A stretch of DNA of 64,000 bases, taken from Candidatus Latescibacterota bacterium. GTDB lineage: Bacteria > Latescibacterota > UBA2968 > UBA8231. Positions within the stretch are counted from its first letter, which is position 1; each line of letters begins with the position of its first letter. Shown here piece after piece: positions 57,409-64,000 of this stretch. Under the pieces are notes generated by a model. The model was not told the DNA's origin. It searched no databases and saw only the letters and a list, made by a program, of their open reading frames with translations. Where the stretch lies: positions 3,968,001-4,032,000 of the forward strand of contig CBDETK010000013.1 of assembly GCA_965242865.1 (NCBI GenBank). Direction: 5' to 3'. The position numbers and the translations under genes were made by a program.

Positions 57409-57816
57409 TTAGGTCAGATCCATAAACGGATTGTACGCAATTTCCCAAAGGTATTCGTCGGGGTCCGCAATGTAGCCGGAGTAGCCACCCCAGAACACCT
57501 CCTGGGGCTCCTTGAGCACTTTCGCGCCGGCCGAGGCGGCCAGCCGCACAACGGCATCCACTTCCTCTTTTGTTTTCACGTTGTGGGCGAGCGTGAACCG
57601 GGGAGCGTCTCCAGCCGATCCTGCTTCGCCAACGCCCTCACCGACAAACTGGTCTCTCGGGTATAGCGAGAGCCACGTGCCCTCCAATGAGAAGAAGGCG
57701 ATGCTCCCGTCGTCTTTTGAGTTGTACATCTCAAAGCCAAGGCCATCCCGATAGAACGATATAGATTTTTTTAAGTCGGCAACCAGCAGGGTGACGAGGC
57801 TTATTTTGCCCTTCAT
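57409..57816 (-). CDS. VOC/glyoxalase family protein
   Basis: 'ISLVTL.V.DL..S..FY..GLG', 'TLAHNV', 'FWGGYSGY.ADPD..LWEIA.NP'. Confidence 0.9.
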   Translation of the reverse strand: MKGKISLVTLLVADLKKSISFYRDGLGFEMYNSKDDGSIAFFSLEGTWLSLYPRDQFVGEGVGEAGSAGDAPRFTLAHNVKTKEEVDAVVRLAASAGAKVLKEPQEVFWGGYSGYIADPDEYLWEIAYNPFMDLT

Positions 57817-57823
57817 GGCTTGG

Positions 57824-58087
57824 TCAGGCGGCTTGACGGGTGTGGTTGTGTCGCATTTCCCGCCGATCTAAGAGAGCCTCGGCGGGGATGCTCGGTTGCT
57901 CGGGCACCTTCAGAGCGGCGGCCGCGACCAAGGCACTCAGCTCGTCGGCGCTGGACAAGTCGAGCGTTCCGCGCTGGTAGGCGGCGTCGATGTGCCCACA
58001 CAACACCTCTAAGTCGGCCCAAGAGCGGGCTTGCCCAATGCGCGCCTGCAAGGGGATGGCGGCGGGGCTTAGTTTGGCAGTCTGCAT
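57824..58087 (-). CDS. Hypothetical protein
   Basis: Strong AAGGAGGT RBS before ATG 58087; 87 aa; no motif recognised. Confidence 0.55.
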   Translation of the reverse strand: MQTAKLSPAAIPLQARIGQARSWADLEVLCGHIDAAYQRGTLDLSSADELSALVAAAALKVPEQPSIPAEALLDRREMRHNHTRQAA

Positions 58088-58105
58088 GATGTTACCTCCT
58101 TGGGG

Positions 58106-58228
58106 AAGTTCAGGAGTTCGCGCGGATGCGATGGGCCTCGGTTGGGGCTAGCCACTGTGCCAGCCCAAGTGCCTTAGTTGGGGCTGGCCACTGTGCCAGC
58201 CCAAGTTCAGGAGTTCGCGCGGGTGCGA
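58106..58228. repeat. Two REP-like hairpins enclosed by a 26-bp direct repeat
   Basis: GTTGGGGCT(A/G)GCCACTGTGCCAGCCCAAG at 58141 and 58177; AAGTTCAGGAGTTCGCGCGG(A/G)TGCGA at 58106 and 58203. Confidence 0.85.
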
Positions 58229-58294
58229 GGTGCTGGGCCACTTTAGCGTGGGGTCTCCAGCAGCCTTGGCACCTCGACCCGCGAGAGCGTAGGG

Positions 58295-59404
58295 CTAGGC
58301 CAGCGCGGCCTCTGCTTCTTTGCTTTCAATCCGCTCCTCTGCGCCAAAGCAAGGGGCGACTTCTGCGACCTTTAGGTTGAGGGCTTGGCGCACCTCGGTC
58401 TCTAGGCGCGTGCGGACCTCGTGGTTGTCGCGGAGGAAGACGCGGGCGTTTTCGCGCCCTTGGCCCAGCCGCTCGTCACCGTAAGAAAACCAAGTGCCGC
58501 TTTTGGCGACGCAGCCGCTGTGGACGCCCAAGTCGAGCAAATCGCCCTCGCGCGATATGCCCACGTCGTCGCCGCGGAACATGATGTCGAACTCGGCCTC
58601 GCGGAAGGGCGGGGCGACCTTGTTCTTGACGACCTTGACGCGGGTGCGCCGGCCGATGATTTCGTCGCCATCCTTGATCGCGCCAATGCCGCGGATGTCG
58701 AGGCGGACCGAGGAATAGAAGTTTAGAGCGCGACCGCCGGTGGTGGTCTCGGGGCTACCGAACATCACGCCGATCTTCATCCGCAACTGGTTGATAAAGA
58801 TCACCGTGGTCCCCGACTTCTGGGACGACCCGGTGAGCTTGCGCAGGGCTTGGGACATCAGCCGCGCTTGCAGCCCTACGTGAGAATCGCCCATATCGCC
58901 TTCGAGCTCGGCCTTGGGCACTAGGGCCGCGACCGAATCGATTACGACGAGGTCGAGGGCCCCGCTGCGCACCAGCGTGTCTGTGATCTCTAGGGCCTCT
59001 TCGCCCGAATCCGGCTGGGAGACGAGCAAGTTGTCGATGTCAACGCCCAGCCGGCGGGCGAAACTCACGTCGAGCGCGTGCTCGGCGTCGATGAAAGCCG
59101 CTGTGCCGGTCTGTTGCGCCTGAGAGACGATGTGCAACGCCAGCATGGTCTTACCCGCCGCTTCAGGCCCGAACAACTCGACGACTCGCCCTCTGGGCAC
59201 CCCGCCGACGCCAAGGGCCGCGTCGAGCGAAATGGCGCCCGTGGAAATGACGTCGATGTCCATGGCGGCTGCTTCGCCCAACCGCATGACGGCCCCCTTG
59301 CCAAACTGCCGTTCGATTTGGGCAAGCGCTAAGCCGATGGCCTTATCCTTATCCTCGCCTAAGTGCTTGCCGTTTGTACGAGCCCTGCTTTTACCCGCTG
59401 CCAT
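58295..59404 (-). CDS. recA: Recombinase A (with substitutions at several usually conserved positions)
   Basis: '[10 protein letters not shown]', '[23 protein letters not shown]', 'FIDAEHALD', 'SQPDSGE', '[11 protein letters not shown]', '[11 protein letters not shown]'; GAGGAGG RBS. Confidence 0.96.
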   Translation of the reverse strand: MAAGKSRARTNGKHLGEDKDKAIGLALAQIERQFGKGAVMRLGEAAAMDIDVISTGAISLDAALGVGGVPRGRVVELFGPEAAGKTMLALHIVSQAQQTGTAAFIDAEHALDVSFARRLGVDIDNLLVSQPDSGEEALEITDTLVRSGALDLVVIDSVAALVPKAELEGDMGDSHVGLQARLMSQALRKLTGSSQKSGTTVIFINQLRMKIGVMFGSPETTTGGRALNFYSSVRLDIRGIGAIKDGDEIIGRRTRVKVVKNKVAPPFREAEFDIMFRGDDVGISREGDLLDLGVHSGCVAKSGTWFSYGDERLGQGRENARVFLRDNHEVRTRLETEVRQALNLKVAEVAPCFGAEERIESKEAEAALA

Positions 59405-59442
59405 GATTTCCTCCTCGGGTGTCAGAATGTAGCACACCGCCA

Positions 59443-59482
59443 ACCTGAACAAAAAGATAGTGCATCAATGTTCAGGTGTCAA
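59443..59482 (-). promoter_or_regulatory. recA sigma70 promoter overlapped by a 9-bp inverted repeat (candidate repressor site)
   Basis: Minus strand TTGACA (59482-59477), 17 bp, TATCTT (59459-59454); ACCTGAACA (59443-59451) and TGTTCAGGT (59469-59477). Confidence 0.7.
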
Positions 59483-59886
59483 GATTTTTTTTAATTGAAG
59501 TGGATTAAGCTACTCTACCCGTTTACAACAAATTCCGTGCCAAGGGGCAATAATTCGCGCAATTTGTTGTTTAATAACGTGTTATAAAAATGAAGGGGAT
59601 ACTGCGGAAAGCAAAATTGTGGGAACTGCGAGAAACAACGCTGTGTAACCAACCAGCCACAGCACAAGCCCCCGATTTCGCCGCCCTCGAAGCCGAGATG
59701 TTCTGCTCGGCCCATAATCAGCTTTACGCCTGCCGCCACTATCTGCTTACCCCCGGCGGCCCGGCGACGTCCACAACAGCTTGACAAGCCAGTTCCAACG
59801 CCGCGCCCAACGGCGTAGGCGTCTATGTCTCCGAACTGGTAGCTGGCCGCATCGTAGCCTACTGGGTCAATTTCTGGGTCCGGTTA

Positions 59887-60387
59887 ATGCGGCAAGACCA
59901 ATTACCCCTAGGGCTTCGATTCACCAATGCAGAAAAAGCAAAGGGCAATCGCCGTTCCGCTCGCAGCCGCGCCAAGACCGCCAACGCCTTAGCCTACCGC
60001 GCCCACGCCCTAAGACGGGCCGGGCTATCCACCAAGCAAATAGCCGCCGCGCTTGGGCGTTCCGAACGGTCCATACAATCCTACCTCGCAACCCCGTTCA
60101 GCACCGTGCAAGCCACGCGCCAACGCATCGCAAGACCGCGACCGCGCCCCATGCTATACCAGCCAGCCACCGCGGCCATTTGCTATCTGTTAATGCCGCC
60201 CACTAAAGAAAGTTCTGAGAAGAAGGAAGAACCTAAAGATAGCAAATTGCCAAACCACGCCGATATTGACCCGCTGGCCGAACTTCAAAAGCATTGGGAA
60301 GCCCAAGACCGCCACAAAAGCCACAATTCGCCTAGTCGAGCACCCGATAAACCCACGCCAGAAACAAAAATCACGGATGCGCCTTGA
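59887..60387 (+). CDS. Hypothetical helix-turn-helix protein
   Basis: 'AHALRRAGLSTKQIAAALGRSERSIQSYL' HTH; low-complexity C-terminus. Confidence 0.55.
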   Translation: MRQDQLPLGLRFTNAEKAKGNRRSARSRAKTANALAYRAHALRRAGLSTKQIAAALGRSERSIQSYLATPFSTVQATRQRIARPRPRPMLYQPATAAICYLLMPPTKESSEKKEEPKDSKLPNHADIDPLAELQKHWEAQDRHKSHNSPSRAPDKPTPETKITDAP

Positions 60388-60465
60388 CCCGGTAAGCGAT
60401 TTTCACGTTCGTAATGCTGCTTTATGGCCAAATTAACCCACTATCAAAGGAGAAAAGAGAAAATC

Positions 60466-61497
60466 ATGTCAAAATCCCTCAAAACCCTGCTCGGGTTCGG
60501 CCTTTTGGGCTTCATCGGTGTTTGGATTGGCTGCTCGTCCGACTCCTCGCCAGTAGCCCCCCCCCATCCTGCTGGCAAAACCCACCTGACCTCGCAAGAC
60601 CCGACAGACCCGGCACCGACCTACGTTACGTTCGCCGACTCCAGTCTGGAGCGTGCGGTACGGACAGCACTAGGGGCCCAGGTGGGGGGGGACCCCACCA
60701 GCAGCTTGACGGACCCTACCGTGCCGCCCCTTAGAGTGACGGATCTGGCTACCCTGACCACGCTCAACGCGAGGAGTAGAGGCATTCAGAGCTTGGCGGG
60801 GCTTGAACATGCTACAAACTTGACCGCTCTGATGCTGGATAACAACAGCATTGCGGATATAAGCGACTTGGCCGGTTTGACCAAGTTGGAATATCTGAGT
60901 CTGATGGGCAACAGCATTGCGGGTATAGACTCTTTGGCCGATTTGCCCAAGTTGGAATATCTGTATCTGACGAGCAACAGCATTACGGATTTAAGCCCCT
61001 TGGCCGATTTGCCCAAGTTGAAACATCTGTATCTGACGAGCAACAGCATTACGGATTTAAGCCCCTTGGCCGGCCCCTTGGCCGATTTGCCCAAGTTGGA
61101 ATATCTGTATCTGGCGAGCAACAGCATTACGGATTTAAGCCCCTTGGCCAGTTTGACCAAGCTGAAAAGGTTGGCGCTAGGTGGGAATCCTTTTGGCGGG
61201 GATTTAAGCGACTTGGCCGGTTTGACCGAGTTGGAATGGTTAATGGTAAATTGGACCGGCGTTACGGATTTAAGCCCCTTGGAAGGCTTGACCAAGTTGA
61301 CATATCTGGACATAAGCAGTAACAGCGGGATTACGGATTTTAGCCCGTTGACATGCCTAGTGCCCACCTTGAAAAATCTGGCGCTTAGGGGTATGCCATT
61401 CTTTCAAATAGACGCGGCTGGGGGAAAAGTGCCTAAGCAGGACCAGACCGATCTCCTATACTTGGTAGCCAAAGGCGTCGCAATAAATTTCGAGTAA
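60466..61497 (+). CDS. Internalin-like LRR lipoprotein
   Basis: AAGGAG upstream; signal ending 'VWIGC'; 'FADSSLERAVR' cap; 22-aa 'L.KLEYL.L..NSITDLSPLA.' repeats. Confidence 0.88.
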   Translation: MSKSLKTLLGFGLLGFIGVWIGCSSDSSPVAPPHPAGKTHLTSQDPTDPAPTYVTFADSSLERAVRTALGAQVGGDPTSSLTDPTVPPLRVTDLATLTTLNARSRGIQSLAGLEHATNLTALMLDNNSIADISDLAGLTKLEYLSLMGNSIAGIDSLADLPKLEYLYLTSNSITDLSPLADLPKLKHLYLTSNSITDLSPLAGPLADLPKLEYLYLASNSITDLSPLASLTKLKRLALGGNPFGGDLSDLAGLTELEWLMVNWTGVTDLSPLEGLTKLTYLDISSNSGITDFSPLTCLVPTLKNLALRGMPFFQIDAAGGKVPKQDQTDLLYLVAKGVAINFE

Positions 61498-61562
61498 CAA
61501 CCCAATCCAAGCAGGACGCTGGCCGATACCGGCCACAAGGGGAAAAGCACCCTCTACTCATT

Positions 61563-61599
61563 GCTCCGTCTATCGTGCTAGCAGATAGACGGAGCTTTT
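61563..61599 (+). terminator. Rho-independent terminator
   Basis: GCTCCGTCTATC...GATAGACGGAGC followed by TTTT. Confidence 0.8.
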
Positions 61600-61664
61600 C
61601 TATGCCAAGCCCACGCCCAACAAAAACAAGAGCACCAAAAAGCGCATACTAAAAATCCTCCGTG
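61600..61664 (-). pseudogene. Truncated duplicate of the ankyrin gene 5' end (RBS, start, signal peptide)
   Basis: Minus strand CACGGAGGATTTTTAGT-ATG reads 'MRFLVLLFLLGVGLA*'; compare CACGGAGGAGATTTAGT-ATG 'MRYFWVLLLGLGVAG' at 62056. Confidence 0.65.
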
Positions 61665-61720
61665 AATGAGTGAAAATACTGACCGATTTTGACGCCACAA
61701 ACTGGCTTGGAGCGGCAACG

Positions 61721-62056
61721 CTACCCGCCCCCCGACTCGAGATACGCCACGACATCGGTATGGCCGTGGCTGGCTAAGCCTTTAGGCGTATAGCCGTCGT
61801 TGGTCGTCGCCGTTAGGCTGGCCCCTTGCCCCACTAAATACTCCACCACCGCCAAATCACCAGCCTCCGCCGCAGAGTGCAGAGCCGTCTCGCCTTTGAA
61901 GTCCGTAGCGTTGACGTCCGCCCCCTGCTCAACCAAATACCGAACCACCGCCAATTGACCATAATGCGCCGCCCAGTAAAGGGCGACAGTTTTCCCTTTC
62001 TCGCCGCCCACGCCCGCCACGCCCAACCCCAACAAGAGCACCCAAAAATAACGCAT
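61721..62056 (-). CDS. Small secreted ankyrin-repeat protein
   Basis: GGAGGAG RBS; hydrophobic N-terminus; 'ALYWAA..G.L.VV.YLVE.GADVN', 'G.TALH.AA..G', 'G.TP'. Confidence 0.85.
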   Translation of the reverse strand: MRYFWVLLLGLGVAGVGGEKGKTVALYWAAHYGQLAVVRYLVEQGADVNATDFKGETALHSAAEAGDLAVVEYLVGQGASLTATTNDGYTPKGLASHGHTDVVAYLESGGG

Positions 62057-62335
62057 ACTAAATCTCCTCCGTGGTAGCTGGCGGCGATTGCCGCGCTTGG
62101 CCGCTCGCTGCCCATGCCGCCCCAGTACGGCCGCTGGCCGCGCTTGGGACCCTGTACCGAATGGCCCTTGACAGGCCCAAACCGCTCGGTCAAGTGACGA
62201 CTTTTTGCACAAAAACGGCCCGTCAATTGCCCCCCCGGCCCCATGACCACGGCGTCTATCGCGGAGTTCGGATGATAAAACACTAGCACCATTGGTTAAA
62301 TACCGCTAAGAACAGTTCGTAGGGATTGCGCCCGT

Positions 62336-63703
62336 CTAACCCAGTGCGAGTGCTTCGACCGCCTCCATCCCCCCGACCCCGACGACCTCCATCTCCGCTG
62401 GCCGCTTCCACCCCTGCAGGTTGCTCCGCGCCACTAAGCACCGCTCAAACCCCAAACTCCGCGCCTCAGCCACCCGCCGGTCAATCTGGTTCACTGGCCG
62501 GATCTCGCCCCCCAGCCCAATTTCGCCGATGGTCACGGTCTGCGCGTCGATAGGCTCGTTGCGGAAGCTCGAGACAATCGCCAGCCCCACCCCCATGTCC
62601 ACGGCCGGCTCGTCGAGGCGAATGCCCCCTACGACATTGACGAAAATGTCCTCGCCCGACAGGTCGTGGCCGCAGCGTTTTTCGAGCACCGCGATGATAA
62701 TGGAGAGCCGCTTGGCGTCAATGCCGGTCGCAACCCGCTGGGGATACCCAAAACTAGAGCGCGAGACTAGGGCCTGAATTTCAATTAAGAGCGGCCGAGT
62801 GCCCTCGATGCTACAGACGATGGCCGAACCCGACACGCCCTCAGCGCGCTCGGCCAGCAAAATTTTGGAGGGGTTGGCGACCTCCATTAGCCCTTGGTCC
62901 CGCATCTCAAAAATCCCGATCTCGTTGGTTGAACCAAAGCGATTTTTGGCCGCGCGCAGGATGCGGAAGTGATGGTGCCGCTCGCCCTCTAAATAGAGCA
63001 CGGTATCGACTAAGTGCTCCAGCACGCGCGGCCCGGCCACCGTGCCTTCTTTTGTCACGTGCCCGACCAAAAACGTGGGAATGCCGCTCTCTTTGGCCAA
63101 ATAGACGAGCCGCGCCGCGCATTCGCGCACTTGGGTCACGCTGCCGGGGGCGCTCTCCAGCTCGGGCATGTAAATGGTCTGGATCGAGTCGATGACGATG
63201 ACCAGCGGGCCAGCGGATTGTAACTGAGCGAGAATGGCCGCGAGACTCGTCTCGGCCAGTACGTGCAGGCTTTCGCACAACGCGCCCAAGCGCCCGGCGC
63301 GCAGGCGAATTTGCGCGGCCGACTCCTCGGCGGAAATGTACGCGATGCGAACATCAGAGGCCGCGAGCTGGCCGGCCATCTGCAACAGGAGGGTCGATTT
63401 GCCAATGCCGGGATCGCCGCCGACTAATACGACCGAACCGGGCATGATGCCGCCGCCCAAGACCCGGTCAAACTCAGAGATACCGATGGGCAGCCGCTCG
63501 TGGTCTTGGTCGTCAACTTGGGTGATGGGCTGCAACTCGGAGCGGGGCGCCCTCGCTAGATGTTCGCGGCGGCTGTCGGCTTCCTGGGGCCGCTCTTCGA
63601 CGCAGGTGTTCCACTCGCCGCACGCCATACAGCGCCCAAACCAGCGTGCGGCGCTGTGCCCGCAGGCCTGGCAGACGTACGTGGAGCGGTTCTTTTTAGC
63701 CAT
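62336..63703 (-). CDS. radA: DNA repair protein RadA/Sms
   Basis: CxxC..CxxC zinc finger, 'GGDPGIGKSTLLLQ', 'DSIQT', 'KNRFG', 'GEIGLGGEIRPV'. Confidence 0.96.
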   Translation of the reverse strand: MAKKNRSTYVCQACGHSAARWFGRCMACGEWNTCVEERPQEADSRREHLARAPRSELQPITQVDDQDHERLPIGISEFDRVLGGGIMPGSVVLVGGDPGIGKSTLLLQMAGQLAASDVRIAYISAEESAAQIRLRAGRLGALCESLHVLAETSLAAILAQLQSAGPLVIVIDSIQTIYMPELESAPGSVTQVRECAARLVYLAKESGIPTFLVGHVTKEGTVAGPRVLEHLVDTVLYLEGERHHHFRILRAAKNRFGSTNEIGIFEMRDQGLMEVANPSKILLAERAEGVSGSAIVCSIEGTRPLLIEIQALVSRSSFGYPQRVATGIDAKRLSIIIAVLEKRCGHDLSGEDIFVNVVGGIRLDEPAVDMGVGLAIVSSFRNEPIDAQTVTIGEIGLGGEIRPVNQIDRRVAEARSLGFERCLVARSNLQGWKRPAEMEVVGVGGMEAVEALALG

Positions 63704-64000
63704 GTACAGCCCTTTGCGCGACGACGACTCGGGGGATTTGGTTTAAGTCCGGTCGGACCTCAACCGCTGTCAAGCGTTCCGAGCGCGTAAGCAGGTCCGC
63801 TACGGCCGCGCTTTGGCCGTCCCCTACCTCTAGTAGTAAATAGCCGCCGGGGCGCATAAAGTCGGCGGCCTCCTGCGCGATGCGGCGGTGGTACGCCAAG
63901 CCGTCCTCGCCTCCGTCTAGCGCGAGCTGCGGCTCGTAGTCGCGGACTTCCGGCGCGAGTTGCGCCAAGTCGCCACGGCGCACGTACGGCGGGTTCGCCG
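63696..64000 (-). CDS. prmC: Release factor glutamine methyltransferase, 3' part only
   Basis: 'NPPYV' at the window edge, 'EP.LALDGG.DGL', 'LEVG..Q', 'DL..IPRVV'. Confidence 0.88.
   Translation of the reverse strand, partial: ANPPYVRRGDLAQLAPEVRDYEPQLALDGGEDGLAYHRRIAQEAADFMRPGGYLLLEVGDGQSAAVADLLTRSERLTAVEVRPDLNQIPRVVVAQRAVHG

Noticed and set aside
59590-59784. 64-aa ORF divergent from recA
   Set aside because: No clear RBS or recognisable motif; coding status cannot be supported
54953-60400. tRNA-anchored integrative element or prophage
   Set aside because: No integrase, no duplicated tRNA 3' end seen, and housekeeping genes follow

Overview
GC-rich bacterial chromosomal window. The gene content (several PhyH, aldo-keto reductase and SDR enzymes, a peptide ABC transporter, plus secreted LRR, YWTD and ankyrin 'eukaryote-like' proteins) resembles marine sponge-associated lineages such as Latescibacterota/Poribacteria; this is inference, not a taxonomic assignment. 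Housekeeping genes (pyrD, xylA, purF, glnB/K, a dacA-like carboxypeptidase, rlmH, tRNA-Val(GAC), hpt, recA, radA, partial prmC) are interrupted by lower-GC cassettes, and no integrase or transposase is visible in the window. The cassettes are: a Druantia type III pair with a frameshifted druH; a HindIII-like restriction-modification pair bracketed by a 112-bp duplication of the xylA 3' end; a DUF262 + HEPN pair bracketed by a 13-bp direct repeat; an unknown two-gene membrane operon; and a ~9-kb island (PLD-SNF2-like helicase, N6-adenine methyltransferase, VapC PIN toxin, DprA/SLOG protein, broken AbiJ-like HEPN gene). The most striking observation is that the island methyltransferase ends in a ~48-aa tail resembling the toxin-neutralising half of an antitoxin, directly upstream of an intact VapC with no separate antitoxin gene: a candidate methyltransferase-guarded toxin system. 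Cassette junctions carry many short fragments of unrelated genes. All family calls come from motif recognition by eye; no database search was run.
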